Shown: positions 27,558 to 39,611 of the stretch, in pieces
Layout of the letters: each line of letters opens with the position of its first letter
Position numbering within the stretch: position 1 is the first letter of the stretch
Notes under the pieces: generated by a model
Told to the model about the DNA's origin: nothing
Databases searched by the model: none
What the model saw: the letters and a program-made list of their open reading frames with translations, nothing else
Program-made: the position numbers and the translations under genes
NCBI GenBank assembly: GCA_963772895.1
Contig: CAVYZB010000010.1
Coordinates: 39,670-103,669, forward strand
Length of the DNA: 64,000 nt
Direction: 5' to 3'
Source of the DNA: an uncultured Acidobacteriaceae bacterium
Lineage (GTDB): Bacteria; Acidobacteriota; Terriglobia; Terriglobales; Acidobacteriaceae

Positions 27558-29577
27558 TTGAAAAATAAGTACTTCCGATTCGGCGAGTTTCGGCTTTATC
27601 CCAGCGAGCATCTGCTTCTGCGCCACCACACTTCGGTGCCTTTGGCTCCCAAGGCCTTCGACATCTTGTTGTACTTGCTACAGAACCGCGGTCACCTGGT
27701 AAAGCGCGACGTCCTGATGGAGGCGATTTGGCCTGACAGTTTCGTCGAAGAGACCAACATTACTGTGAATATTTCGTTACTGCGGAAGGCCTTAGGCAGT
27801 ATGTCCGATGGCCAACCTTACATTGAGACTGTTCCGCGTAAGGGGTATCGCTTTAATGCCGCCGCGACCGAATGCGAGGACGCTGACGAGCCGACCATTA
27901 GCGAGACAAAGCTTGATTCACAAAAAGGTAATGAAGATGTAATTCCACCGGCACTCGCGGTATCGGCCTCGTTGGGTGTCGCTGCCAGCGTTGCGCCCGC
28001 TTTTCAGGCCCCAGTCCTGCGCAGCGCCGCCCTTGGTTGCCTCTCCCGCAACCCCGCCTCAGCAGCCGCCGCCAACTCTCGGATGGAAGACCTCGGCGAC
28101 CAGGGTCCTGCTGATGACCGTCATCTGTGTCGCGCTGGTGTTAGGTCTGTTTTATTACTGGTCACACTGGAAGGCTAAATCCACGACGGTCAGTGCATCC
28201 GAGCGGTCCATCGCGATCCTGCCGTTTCGTCCCCTCGATCCCAAGCCTGAAGACGAATATCTCGGACTGGGAATGACCGACGCGCTCATTACACGCTTGA
28301 GCAACCTGCACAAGATCATCGTGCGGCCGGTGGGTGCGGTGCGCAAATACGCGACAGTCGACGATCCCATTGCCGCGGGCCGGCAGCTGGCGGTGCAGTC
28401 GGTATTGGAAGGTAGCATTCAGCGCTCGGGAGATCGAACCAGGGTCACAGTGCGGCTCCTGCGGGTTGCCGATGGCGAGCTGCTGTGGGGCGACGAGTTC
28501 GACGAGAAATTCACCGACATGTTCAGCGTGGAGGATTCGATTTCGCAAAAGGTTGCCAACGCGCTCACCATTAACCTGAGCGGCGAAGAACAACGTCAGC
28601 TTTTGCGGCCGTTCACGGAAAACAATGACGCCTACCAGCTTTACATGAAGGGCCGCTTCTTCTGGAACAAGCGGACCGTGGATGGCGTGAAGAGAAGCAT
28701 TGATTATTTCCAGCAGGCAATCCTGGCGGATCCCAACTATGCGATCGCGTATGTTGGTCTGGCCGACTCCTATACGCTCGCGGGCTCTTACGGATATATC
28801 ATTCTGCCTCCGCATGAGGCCATGCCCAAAGCGGAAGCGGCGGCGGCCAAAGCCCTCGCCATCGACGACAGTCTGGCGGAGGCCCACGCTTCGCTGGGTT
28901 ACATCAAGTTCACTTACGATTGGGATTGGGCCGGAGCCGAGCAGGAGTTCAAGCGTGCCATCGCTTTGAATCCGGGCTACGACAATGCTCACCACTGGTA
29001 CTCGCACGAGTTGATGGCCTTGGGACGAACTAACGAAGCCATCTCCGAAGCCCGGCGTGCGCTGGAGTTGTCCCCTTCCGACACCGTCATGAATGAGCAC
29101 ATGGGCTGGACCTACCTCATGGCGCGCGATTACGACCGTGCGATTCAAAGTGCCCGCAAAGCGATTGAAATGGATCCCAACTTCCTCCTCGCGCATCGGG
29201 TCCTCGGGCTGGCCTATCAGTACAAGGGGCAGCATGATGAAGCCACGGCAGAATTCACGCGGGGCGTGGAACTCTCGCATGGAGATCCGGTAGCCAAGGC
29301 TTTCCTGGCGCGGTCCTACGCCGCTGCCGGGCAAAAAGTCCGGGCTACACAAATTCTGAATGAGCTGTTGCAGCTCGCCACCAGGCAGTACATGCCTCCT
29401 GCCGAGATTGCCGCAACCTGCACCGCTTTAGGCAGGAATGACGAAGCCTTCACCTGGCTGAACAAAGCCTACGACGAGCGCGCCGCCGCCCTCGTGTATC
29501 TCAACATCAATCGCGACTACGACTCCATACGCACCGATACCCGCTTCCAGGACCTGTTACGACGGATGCGCCTGTAA
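27558..29577 (+). CDS. CadC/OmpR-type winged-helix regulator fused to TM segment and TPR sensor domain; apparently frame-disrupted between about 27950 and 28100
   Basis: ORF 27558..28178 (TTG start) carries the trans_reg_C wHTH (...FRFGEFRLYP...KAFDILLYLLQNRGHLVKRDVLMEAIWPDSFVEETNITVNISLLRKAL...VPRKGYRF). ORF 27976..29577 carries the TM helix (RVLLMTVICVALVLGLFYYW), a ...SIAILPFRPL... domain and TPRs. The span is 2020 nt (3n+1). A fused architecture is common for this family. Confidence 0.65.
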
Positions 29578-29603
29578 GAAGCTTGACGACGTCTTTCGCT
29601 GCT

Positions 29604-30866
29604 TCACTCGTACCTCAAAGATTCCACAGGATCTAATCTCGAAGCATTCTTGGCGGGAAGGGTGCCAAAGGTGACGCCGATCAGGCACGAGACCAGCATT
29701 GCGATCAGGGCCGAAAGTCCAGACACCGGAAGCTGGTAATGGGTGAAGACCCGGAGCGAAAATGGCAGCGCCAGCCCGGCCAAGGTGCCAATAGTCCCAC
29801 CAATCAAGGAGATCATTACAGCTTCGGAGAGGAACTGCAGCAGGATCTCACGACGCGTCGCCCCCACCGCTTTGCGGATGCCAATTTCTCTAATACGGGC
29901 GCTCACCGTGGCGAGCATAATATTCATGATGCCAACTCCACCGGCAATCAGCGTGATGGCGGCAAACAGCAAGAGAATGATCGTAAATGCATTAGCGGTT
30001 TTCGCCACTAAGCCGAGCACCTGGGTAAGGTCACCGACGGTGTAAACCGATTCCGCTCGATGTCGCGCCTTTATCACCGCAAGAATTCGTTCTGAAGCCC
30101 GGGGAACGCTGCCGGCGTCGGACATCGAAAAGTAAATCTGGTTGACGGCATTGGTATCCGTCAAGTAACGGGCCACGGAGTATGGAATCAGCACTGTATC
30201 GTCTTGTATTTCTGATTGGCCAAACGTCTCTACACTCTCACGAAAGGTGCCGATCACTACGAATGGCAGTCCCTGGATGTTGATTTCGTGTCCCGCCGCG
30301 AACTCGATTCCCCCGTATTGGCGGGTCGCGAAGTCCTCCGTGACGAGGGCTACTTTGTGGTGGGATTGCGAGTCTTGTTGATCGAAAAATCTGCCTGAAC
30401 TTACGATGATGCGGCGCACGTTTACATAGTCTGGGTCCACGCCGAGAATCAACATGTCACGTTGCTTGCCGTTGCCAACCAGGATCGGCTCATGCAAATT
30501 CACCACCGGGGTCGCTTCTTGCACGCCCGGAACCTGCTGTTCCACGGCGGTCATGTCATTCACTGTCAGATAATCTGCGGTGCCCGCGGTCGTGCCTCCA
30601 TTCGCCGACCCCGTATATTCGGCCCAGATTAGATTGGCGCCAATGTTCTGGATTTCATTCAGGACGTACTGTTTACCGGTCAGCGCAATCGTGACAACCA
30701 GAACCAGGGAGAAGGTGCCGATCACCATTCCCAGGGCGGTCATGGTGGCGCGCACCTTGTCGGCGCGAAATGAATCCACGGCGATTGCGAGGATCTCTCG
30801 CAAGACCAAGGTGTTCTTGGGGGACACGGTCCACGAGATTGAGCGCACTTTTGCCGGGCGGGGCAT
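29604..30866 (-). CDS. ABC transporter permease, MacB/FtsX family (no cognate ATPase adjacent)
   Basis: A 420-aa protein with TM1, a large periplasmic domain and three C-terminal TM helices (...REIGIRKAVGATRREILLQFLSEAVMISLIGG...). Confidence 0.8.
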   Translation of the reverse strand: MPRPAKVRSISWTVSPKNTLVLREILAIAVDSFRADKVRATMTALGMVIGTFSLVLVVTIALTGKQYVLNEIQNIGANLIWAEYTGSANGGTTAGTADYLTVNDMTAVEQQVPGVQEATPVVNLHEPILVGNGKQRDMLILGVDPDYVNVRRIIVSSGRFFDQQDSQSHHKVALVTEDFATRQYGGIEFAAGHEINIQGLPFVVIGTFRESVETFGQSEIQDDTVLIPYSVARYLTDTNAVNQIYFSMSDAGSVPRASERILAVIKARHRAESVYTVGDLTQVLGLVAKTANAFTIILLLFAAITLIAGGVGIMNIMLATVSARIREIGIRKAVGATRREILLQFLSEAVMISLIGGTIGTLAGLALPFSLRVFTHYQLPVSGLSALIAMLVSCLIGVTFGTLPAKNASRLDPVESLRYE

Positions 30867-30872
30867 AAATCG

Positions 30873-31247
30873 CTATCTCCTGCCGATGAGCACCAACGTC
30901 ACCCCGGCACAGACCAGAAGAATACCGATCCAACGTTGCAGGCTGACGCGTTCGCCCAGGAAGAACCTGCCGCCCAGCGCTCCGACCACATAGCTGAGCG
31001 CCGTCACAGGTACGACAAAGCTTACATTTTCAAAGGAAAATATCGCAAGCAGCGAGAAGAATCCGATGGCCATCATGCCTACGCCGAGCCACATCCACTT
31101 AACGCGTAAGGCGCGAAGGATTACCGCGAGGAGCGCTCCCGGCCGGAAGTCTTTCACTTCGCCGGTCTCCTTCATCGCGCGCGACATAAATATCTCGCCC
31201 GCCGTTCCGAAGACAACAATCAGAAAAAAGAAGATGAACTCAGCCAC
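30873..31247 (-). CDS. half-size EamA/DMT (SMR-like, ArnE/ArnF-like) membrane protein
   Basis: GTG at 31247 lies 10 nt after GGAG and 2 nt after the stop of the upstream half-size gene. The protein is about 124 aa and hydrophobic, ending ...RWIGILLVCAGVTLVLIG. Confidence 0.6.
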   Translation of the reverse strand: MAEFIFFFLIVVFGTAGEIFMSRAMKETGEVKDFRPGALLAVILRALRVKWMWLGVGMMAIGFFSLLAIFSFENVSFVVPVTALSYVVGALGGRFFLGERVSLQRWIGILLVCAGVTLVLIGRR

Positions 31248-31249
31248 GA

Positions 31250-31666
31250 CTAGCCATTCTCCGTGGTACTGGGATGGGTATGGCCGACGAGAAACACCCC
31301 GATACAAATGACCACGATGCCGGCCCACCGCAATGGAGGGACAACTTCACCCAGCCAGGTCGCGGCCAATAGCGCAACTACGGCGTAGGCAATCGAAGAC
31401 GCCGGCTGCACGTAGCTATAGTCGGCCCATGACAGAACGATCATGTAGGCTGCGAAAAACACAAGCAGAGAGACAACGCCGAGCCATATCGCGCCAGTTG
31501 TGAAAACGCGAGTGAACACGTGCGGCAGTCGGAAGAGGGGCCACGGATCCACGGGTCCCACCTCTTTCATGCCTTTGCCGAGCAGAACATTGCCCAAAGG
31601 GCCGGCAATCGCCATGATCAAAATCAAAATAAAGGTTTTGAAATGTAGTCGCCTGGGAGATTCCAT
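31250..31666 (-). CDS. half-size EamA/DMT (SMR-like, ArnE/ArnF-like) membrane protein
   Basis: A 138-aa hydrophobic protein (...ILILIMAIAGPLGNVLLGKGMKE...RWAGIVVICIGVFLVG...). It is paired with 30873-31247. Confidence 0.65.
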   Translation of the reverse strand: MESPRRLHFKTFILILIMAIAGPLGNVLLGKGMKEVGPVDPWPLFRLPHVFTRVFTTGAIWLGVVSLLVFFAAYMIVLSWADYSYVQPASSIAYAVVALLAATWLGEVVPPLRWAGIVVICIGVFLVGHTHPSTTENG

Positions 31667-31987
31667 TGGCAGTGGTCAGTCGCTCCAAATGCAGAGAGGC
31701 ATAGTCATATGGTATATCAACGAAGCACAACGCGGGAGGTGCACATCCAGAGCGGCCGATGGAAGTGAGGACGATTCCGCCGGGAGAATCGCAGCAACAC
31801 TGAGCTTGAACCCTGGCGCTAGGGCGTGGCATCTGTTAAATCATAAAATGCTATCCTAAGGTATCTGCTCTTTGCAGTACTCCCGTGGCCACGGGAACGA
31901 AAATTGCCAAGCCGCATGTCGCCCTCACCTTGCTCAAGGCGGCTAGTCGCGGCAGGCTGATAATTCGGTATTGAGGGACTGATCGAT

Positions 31988-33919
31988 TTGTGCGGCATTG
32001 TTGGCTTTACTCATAAAGATTGGTCTCCACCTCCGGATCGCATTCGGAACGCCACTTCCACTCTGATCCACCGCGGGCCAGACCAGCTGGGCGTTTACCA
32101 ATCCCGTTTATGCTCGATGGGCGCCACGCGCCTCAAGATTATCGATCTGGAGCACGGCGATCAGCCCATTGCCACTCAAGACGGCGACACGGTGATTGTG
32201 TTCAATGGGGAAATCTATAACCACCTTGAGGTCCGTGCCGAGTTAGAAAAGCTAGGCCATCAATTTCACTCACACTGCGACACGGAGACGGTTCTTCGCG
32301 CTTTTCTCGAGTGGGACACCCAATGTTTCCCGAGGCTGCGCGGCATGTTCGCCGTGGCGCTTTGGACAAACTCCACGCGGCGACTGGTGTTGGCACGCGA
32401 TCGTGTGGGCATCAAACCACTCTACATCGCGCACCGTGGCGAGGATCTGTTCTTTGGGTCGGAACTGAAGGCCATCCTTGAACACCCAGAAATCGATCGC
32501 CGCTTGAGCACTGCCGGCCTGGATTGTTATTTGTCGCTGAACTATGTTCCCGCGCCCTGGACTCTGGTGGACGGAATAGAGAAGCTTCTGCCGGGACATT
32601 GGCTGGAGTGGCAAGACGGAAAAGTGAGCGAGGATGCTTACTGGCGTTTGCCCAACGAAACGCCCGTGCAGCGCAGTTTGGCGTCGGCCGGCGAGGAACT
32701 CGATTTCCTTCTGCAGCAATCGGTTCGCGAACACATGATCTCTGATGTGCCCTTAGGCGTGTGGCTGAGCGGCGGCATCGACTCCTCGACCATTCTTCAT
32801 TATGCTTCGCAGGCATCCACTTCCCGGCTGAAGACTTTCTCCATTTCGTTTCGAGGGCGCAGTTTCGACGAAACCAGTTACATCCAGCAGATGGTCGCCG
32901 AATACGGAACGGAGCACGAGCAGCTCGACCTGAATCCTGAGTTGGATCTGCAGGGCGCGATCGAAGAATTCGCGTATTACTCGGACGAGCCGAGCGCCGA
33001 TGCAGGAGCGTTGCCGGTCTGGTTTCTCTCCAAGCTTTGCAAAACCAGAACCACGGTTGCGTTGAGCGGAGAAGGCGCCGACGAATTGTTTGGGGGATAT
33101 CTAACCTATCGAGCGAATACCCTCGCTCAACACCTCCGGAGACTTCCCCGCAGTGTAATTCAGATGGCGCTCAATGCGATGCGCCTGTGGCCAGTCTCGA
33201 ATGAGAAAATAAGCTTCGAGTACAAACTCAAGCGATTACTCGAAGGCAGCATGATGCCGGCAGAGCTCGCCCACGTTTATTGGAATGGCACTTTTTCCGA
33301 CGCCGAAAAACGCTCACTGCTGGCGATGGAACTTCCGGGCGCACTCCACCAAATCCTCGGCGAGTTGCGAGGAATGCTAACCGACGACAAAGATAACCTG
33401 GGCGCTTTCCTGTGGTTCGATCAAAAGTATTATTTGCCAGACGACATCCTGGTTAAGTCGGACCGCATGAGCATGGCCCACGCCGTCGAGTTGCGGCCGC
33501 CTTTCCTGGATAACCGTATCGTCGAATTCGCCGCCACCTTGCCGGCATCGCTCAAAGTTCGAGGTTCGCAGCAGAAGTTCCTGCTGAAGCGACTCATGCG
33601 CGACAAGTTGCCGCAGTCCATCCTGCGGAGAAAGAAAATTGGTTTCGACATCCCAGCGCACGAATGGCTCCGTGGTCCGCTTCGATCGCTTGTCGTTGAT
33701 ACCTTGCACGCCGGACTTTCCGATCATCCTGAAATATTCAGTTCCGGTGTGATCGAACGTTATCTATGTGATCATTTGGAGAAACGAATCAATGTCGGCT
33801 ATCACTTATGGGGATTAATGATCCTGTTTCTATGGATGAAAAAGTGGCGGATTCAGGCGCCCGCCTCCTCCAGAGCAAACCAGCTGTTGGCGCCCGCGGG
33901 AATTGGTACGTTTATCTAG
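31988..33919 (+). CDS. asnB: asparagine synthase (glutamine-hydrolysing) family amidotransferase
   Basis: A TTG start is followed by Cys (MCGIVGF), the Ntn nucleophile. The protein also has ...VFNGEIYNH..., the PP-loop ...GVWLSGGIDSS... and ...LSGEGADELFGGY.... Confidence 0.9.
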   Translation: MCGIVGFTHKDWSPPPDRIRNATSTLIHRGPDQLGVYQSRLCSMGATRLKIIDLEHGDQPIATQDGDTVIVFNGEIYNHLEVRAELEKLGHQFHSHCDTETVLRAFLEWDTQCFPRLRGMFAVALWTNSTRRLVLARDRVGIKPLYIAHRGEDLFFGSELKAILEHPEIDRRLSTAGLDCYLSLNYVPAPWTLVDGIEKLLPGHWLEWQDGKVSEDAYWRLPNETPVQRSLASAGEELDFLLQQSVREHMISDVPLGVWLSGGIDSSTILHYASQASTSRLKTFSISFRGRSFDETSYIQQMVAEYGTEHEQLDLNPELDLQGAIEEFAYYSDEPSADAGALPVWFLSKLCKTRTTVALSGEGADELFGGYLTYRANTLAQHLRRLPRSVIQMALNAMRLWPVSNEKISFEYKLKRLLEGSMMPAELAHVYWNGTFSDAEKRSLLAMELPGALHQILGELRGMLTDDKDNLGAFLWFDQKYYLPDDILVKSDRMSMAHAVELRPPFLDNRIVEFAATLPASLKVRGSQQKFLLKRLMRDKLPQSILRRKKIGFDIPAHEWLRGPLRSLVVDTLHAGLSDHPEIFSSGVIERYLCDHLEKRINVGYHLWGLMILFLWMKKWRIQAPASSRANQLLAPAGIGTFI

Positions 33920-35796
33920 CTGTCCTGTTGATCGCGGGAATCGTATATCTGAGCGGAATTCTCTCCCCTCCCTCGTTGCAGGACGACGTGGATGCTGTTC
34001 AGGCGCAGATCGCGCGGAACATGATCACATCGGGCGACTGGGTGACGGCTCGCCTGGATGGTGTCGCCTACCTGGAAAAGCCGCCGCTGGTCTACTGGAT
34101 CATGGCGACCTCGTATGAGATCTTCGGAGTGCATGACTGGGCCGCGCGAATTCCGATCGCCCTCTCTGCGATCGGCCTCTGCTGGCTGACTGCCGCTTTT
34201 GGCGTTTGGGCATTTGGAAAACGCGCCGGCTTCTACGCCGGCCTGTCCATTGCGACATGCGTCGGGCTATTTCTCTTTACGCGGGTCTTGATTCCCGACG
34301 TCATGCTCACCTTCACGGTTGCTCTGGCGATGTGGGCGTTGCTCCGGGCCCTCGACGACGAGGAGTCCCATCCCCGCGCGTGGGCCTATGTTCTGGCCGC
34401 CAGTCTCGGAACAGGGCTGCTTCTGAAAAGTTTGATCGGAGTGCTGTTTCCAGTCGCCGCCGGAATCATTTACCTGTTCTTGACCGGTCAGCTGCTTTCC
34501 TCCAGGACCTGGAAGCGGCTTCATCCCATTAGCGGGATCGCCATCATCCTTTTGATTGCTGCACCCTGGCACATTCTTGCGACGTTGCGGAATCCCCCTT
34601 ATTTCGCATTCACGCTGCGAAGTGTGCCGGGTGAATACCACGGATTCCTCTGGTTCTTCTTCATCAACGAGCAACTGCTCCGCTTCCTGAATCTGCGTTA
34701 TCCACGCGATTACGACACGGTCCCTCGCCTCTACTTCTGGCTGTTGCATCTAGTATGGCTATTTCCCTGGAGCATATATCTTCCCGCAGTCGCAAAGCTG
34801 TCCTACAAACCATCGGATCGCGCGGGAAAGGTGCGCTTGCTGGCGCTCTGCTGGATTGGTTTCGTGCTGGTCTTCTTTACCTTTTCCACCACGCAGGAGT
34901 ATTACTCGATGCCTTGTTATCCTGCGTTCGCCCTGTTGCTCGGTTCGGCGATGGCCACTGGTGGCGATTGGGTGCGCAGAGGAACCCGCGCCCTGGCGGT
35001 GATTGCCGGATGCGCGGCCGTGGCGTCGCTGACAATTCTGTTCCTTGTCCGCGGAGTACCCACTCCTGGAGACATTTTCTCGGCGCTCACCACGCATCCC
35101 TCGGCTTACAAGCTTTCGATGGGCCACATGCAGGACCTCACCCTGGAATCGTTCGGCTATCTTCGCCGGCCGCTATTTCTCGCAGGACTGGCTTTCCTGA
35201 TAGGTGCATTGGGAACTCTTCGAGCCACTGGACAACGGGCCTTCCTGGCGGCAACGCTTATGATGGTGTTATTTTTCCAAGCTGCCCGCCTGGCCCTGAT
35301 TACGTTTGATCCCTACCTGTCTTCCCGTCCTTTGGCCGAGGCGCTATTGCGATCGCCTGACGGCAAGCTGATCGTGGACAAACACTATTATGCGTTTTCG
35401 TCTGTCTTCTTTTACACCGACCGCACCGCGCTGCTGTTGAACGGGCGGGTGTTGAACTTTGTGTACGGTTCGTACGCTCCGGGCGCGCCCGATGTTTTTA
35501 TTGACGACGCGGATTTCAAGAATCTCTGGCTGACGCCGGAGCGGTATTACCTGACGGCCAGCGTGTCGCAGTTGCCGCGGCTGGAAAACCTGGTAGGACG
35601 CGAGAAGCTAAATGTGGTTGCCGAAAGCGGCGGCAAATTCCTGGTAACTAATCAGCCGCTACCAGGCTCGAAGTTGCCGGAAGTTGCCGCTCTCGGGCAG
35701 GAGGGGGCCAGCTCCGTCGCCAAGCTGTTGGCACGAACCGGGAGATTTTCTGGGTTCTTTGGTAAAGTTAAGCAAGGGCGCTTCAAATATCAGTAG
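33808..35796 (+). CDS. GT-C fold glycosyltransferase, ArnT/PMT (GT39/GT83)-like
   Basis: A multi-pass membrane protein with the family-typical first loop ...DDVDAVQAQIARNMITSGDWVTARLDGVAYLEKPPLVYWIMA.... The start is ambiguous (ATG at 33808 or 33832). Both overlap the asnB 3' end. Confidence 0.75.
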   Translation: MGINDPVSMDEKVADSGARLLQSKPAVGARGNWYVYLAVLLIAGIVYLSGILSPPSLQDDVDAVQAQIARNMITSGDWVTARLDGVAYLEKPPLVYWIMATSYEIFGVHDWAARIPIALSAIGLCWLTAAFGVWAFGKRAGFYAGLSIATCVGLFLFTRVLIPDVMLTFTVALAMWALLRALDDEESHPRAWAYVLAASLGTGLLLKSLIGVLFPVAAGIIYLFLTGQLLSSRTWKRLHPISGIAIILLIAAPWHILATLRNPPYFAFTLRSVPGEYHGFLWFFFINEQLLRFLNLRYPRDYDTVPRLYFWLLHLVWLFPWSIYLPAVAKLSYKPSDRAGKVRLLALCWIGFVLVFFTFSTTQEYYSMPCYPAFALLLGSAMATGGDWVRRGTRALAVIAGCAAVASLTILFLVRGVPTPGDIFSALTTHPSAYKLSMGHMQDLTLESFGYLRRPLFLAGLAFLIGALGTLRATGQRAFLAATLMMVLFFQAARLALITFDPYLSSRPLAEALLRSPDGKLIVDKHYYAFSSVFFYTDRTALLLNGRVLNFVYGSYAPGAPDVFIDDADFKNLWLTPERYYLTASVSQLPRLENLVGREKLNVVAESGGKFLVTNQPLPGSKLPEVAALGQEGASSVAKLLARTGRFSGFFGKVKQGRFKYQ

Positions 35797-35853
35797 CAAA
35801 ATGAACGTGATTGCGTGGAACGCTCCAGGGACTCTCCCTGAATTACCTGTTGA

Positions 35854-37080
<1,227 letters not shown>

Positions 37081-37124
37081 CGGTACGTCTACGACGCGCA
37101 GCGGGACCGCCCCCCGCAGCCTGC

Positions 37125-38168
37125 CTATGACTTGGCGCAGTCAGAGATCCGCCGGGTGACCAGACGGGCGGCCTTCACCGCGCTGACTACCTTGCCGGAG
37201 AAGACGAAGATTTCTCCCTTGTCCTTTTCCAGGATGTAAAGGGTCCTGCGATCCTGGGCTGGGTTATCTTCCACCACGCGAATGGTGAAGCGCGAGCCAA
37301 GATAGACCGCGTTCCTGGAGGAGGGAACGGCGAGCGCAGAGTCTTTTCGCATCGCTTCAAATCTGCTGGGCGTGAACGGCTCGAAATCGGGCCGGTTCAG
37401 TAACGGTTGATAGATCTCGGGAATCGGCTCATCGGGATTTGTCGTTGTCCAGTGGTTCGTATTCTTGGCTGAACCAAACAGTGACTGGGGTGAACTGCCA
37501 TAGGGGTCGAAGGCGGTGAATGGACCGTCAACCACGACCAGCGATATCCCCTGCAACGCCGGCGGAAGTTGAATCAGGATTTTTTCGGCGACTTGGTATT
37601 TCACGCCTTTAAACAAACCGCGCCCGGGACCCAATCCGTAAGTCGCCCACACTACGTAGTCATATTCGGGGCGCATGGCGGAGCTGAACGCCCGCTGATT
37701 GAAGGAAATATTCAGCGCTTGAATGCGCGACGACAACATGTCTCTCAGAATGTCCGGGTCGTAGATTTGCTCGTCGACTTCGTAGCATTTGTCGATGAAG
37801 CCGAAATCCATCCACTCGGGTCGGCAAGGCCGCGCGCTGAGATGATACTCGGCCATCACTTTTTCGAACAATGCGGGCGGCGTTTGCGAGCCTTCGTGAG
37901 GAATCGCGTAATAGTGCCGGCTGTTGCGCACAATCGCGGGCGCGAATCTGTCCAGGAATTCGGCCCGGGCTTCCAGCGTTTCGCGAATGGTCTCCGGGCT
38001 GCGCGGATAGTGGTATCCCGAATGAATGCGGTACTGATTGATTGCGGACGCGGCACGCAAAACGCCGAGGGGGTCGAAAAGATGAACGTCATGGCCGGCC
38101 TCGGCAAGGCTGATGGCAATGGTAGCGCCGTAGACTCCAGCACCCGCGACCGCAACTTTGGATTTCAT
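37125..38168 (-). CDS. FAD-dependent oxidoreductase (DAO-like)
   Basis: The N-terminal dinucleotide fold is KVAVAGAGVYGATIAISLAEAGHDVHLFD. The protein is 347 aa. Confidence 0.7.
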   Translation of the reverse strand: MKSKVAVAGAGVYGATIAISLAEAGHDVHLFDPLGVLRAASAINQYRIHSGYHYPRSPETIRETLEARAEFLDRFAPAIVRNSRHYYAIPHEGSQTPPALFEKVMAEYHLSARPCRPEWMDFGFIDKCYEVDEQIYDPDILRDMLSSRIQALNISFNQRAFSSAMRPEYDYVVWATYGLGPGRGLFKGVKYQVAEKILIQLPPALQGISLVVVDGPFTAFDPYGSSPQSLFGSAKNTNHWTTTNPDEPIPEIYQPLLNRPDFEPFTPSRFEAMRKDSALAVPSSRNAVYLGSRFTIRVVEDNPAQDRRTLYILEKDKGEIFVFSGKVVSAVKAARLVTRRISDCAKS

Positions 38169-38182
38169 TGGAACCTCGTTGC

Positions 38183-39340
38183 TTACGACCCAGCCTTCGG
38201 CACGACTGGAACCAGAATTCCTTCCCGGATGAAATATTCAACGCCGCGCCAACGTATGGATTTGCGGCCGAAACTGATCAGCCAGATGAGGAAGGCCATT
38301 GCATCCCACAGCGGTATCAAGGCCATTTTCTTCCACAGGCCGGACTGCTTCATGCCCCAGATGCCAATTAGCCAGGTCATCGCGACTCGAAGCACGGCAT
38401 AGCTGCCAAGGTATCCCACGACCACGCTCATTGAGGGATGGGTCGCTATCGCGATCAGCGCCCAAGGCAATCCCCAGGTGAAGATCAAACCGAAATGACC
38501 CCAGGGCCGCATCAGCCTCATTACGGTCATCCAGCGAACGCGTTTGTAAAACAAATCACTGAGCGAGGCGAAATCAGCGACAGTCTGCACAACGTAGGGG
38601 AGCAGCTTGACCTCGTATCCCAACTCGGCGATCAGACGGCCCACGCGCAGGTCATCAGCTGGACGATTTTCAATCGCCTCATAGCCGCCGAAAGCAGCGA
38701 TATTCTTGCGCGTGGTGACGATGGTTTGTCCAAAGGTGAACTTCACGCCGTCCAATTGCCAGGCGACGAAAATTCCCGCAAAGAAATCGGAGATCATCCC
38801 GATCGATTGCAGTTCCTGGACGAGAGTGGTCTCTTTGGTAGAAGCGTAAATGCAAGTCGCACCGCCAACCTTGGGATCGCGAAAGGGCGCGGCCACGGCT
38901 CGCAGATAATCGGGCCCAACCCGGATGTCGCCGTCGGTGATCACCAGCAGATCGTGCTGCGCTTCGCTTACCAGCCGGACCAGCCTGGCAATCTTGTCGT
39001 TGATCGCGCTGCGACCGGATCCGAAAAGCAGACGGATCCGGCGTTCGGGAAAATCCTGAACCAGTTTCTCTAGAATCGGCAGCGCCGGATCATCCGGATC
39101 GACGCAAAAAAGGATTTCGTATTCGGGATAGTCCTGGCGGCAGAAGCTGGCGTAGTTCTCGTAGGCGTCGGGATCGAGTCCCTTGATGGGCTTCAGGCAG
39201 CTTATCGGCGGCGTAAAGTCGGTATTCGGCGGGACTCGCTTCCAGCTCAGAAAGTAGCGTGCAGAGCTATAGAGAGCCAGCAGGTAATAGATGCCGGGAA
39301 CGGCAGCAACAGCGAGGACAATGTAGCTGAGGACTGTCAA
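38183..39340 (-). CDS. membrane glycosyltransferase, GT2 superfamily / GT21 (ceramide glucosyltransferase- or HpnI-like)
   Basis: The protein has an N-terminal TM helix and ...YPEYEILFCVDPDDPALPILEKL...NDKIARLV...LLVITDGDIRVGPDYL...RWMTV..., with the D..D and (Q/R)xxRW-like motifs of this family. C-terminal TM helices follow. Confidence 0.75.
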   Translation of the reverse strand: MTVLSYIVLAVAAVPGIYYLLALYSSARYFLSWKRVPPNTDFTPPISCLKPIKGLDPDAYENYASFCRQDYPEYEILFCVDPDDPALPILEKLVQDFPERRIRLLFGSGRSAINDKIARLVRLVSEAQHDLLVITDGDIRVGPDYLRAVAAPFRDPKVGGATCIYASTKETTLVQELQSIGMISDFFAGIFVAWQLDGVKFTFGQTIVTTRKNIAAFGGYEAIENRPADDLRVGRLIAELGYEVKLLPYVVQTVADFASLSDLFYKRVRWMTVMRLMRPWGHFGLIFTWGLPWALIAIATHPSMSVVVGYLGSYAVLRVAMTWLIGIWGMKQSGLWKKMALIPLWDAMAFLIWLISFGRKSIRWRGVEYFIREGILVPVVPKAGS

Positions 39341-39611
39341 TCCGTCTGCTCTCCAACAATGGGTTTAGGTGGTTTCACGGGAACGGAGGAAAGCCAATCT
39401 CGTGGGCGCCAACTCTTGCCAGCGGGGAAAAATAGGAACCAGATCGACGCCGATTCCGAGCCGCTAAAATATCTCTTGAATTGTGGAGTGTAACATGTGA
39501 GGAAATCCCCCGTCGAACCGCGGCACCGCATCGCAGAGCCGGATAGGACGAGCGGCGCGGCAGACTTAGGCGGTGCCGAAGACGGTGCCTGTTATATAGG
39601 AATGCGATTGC

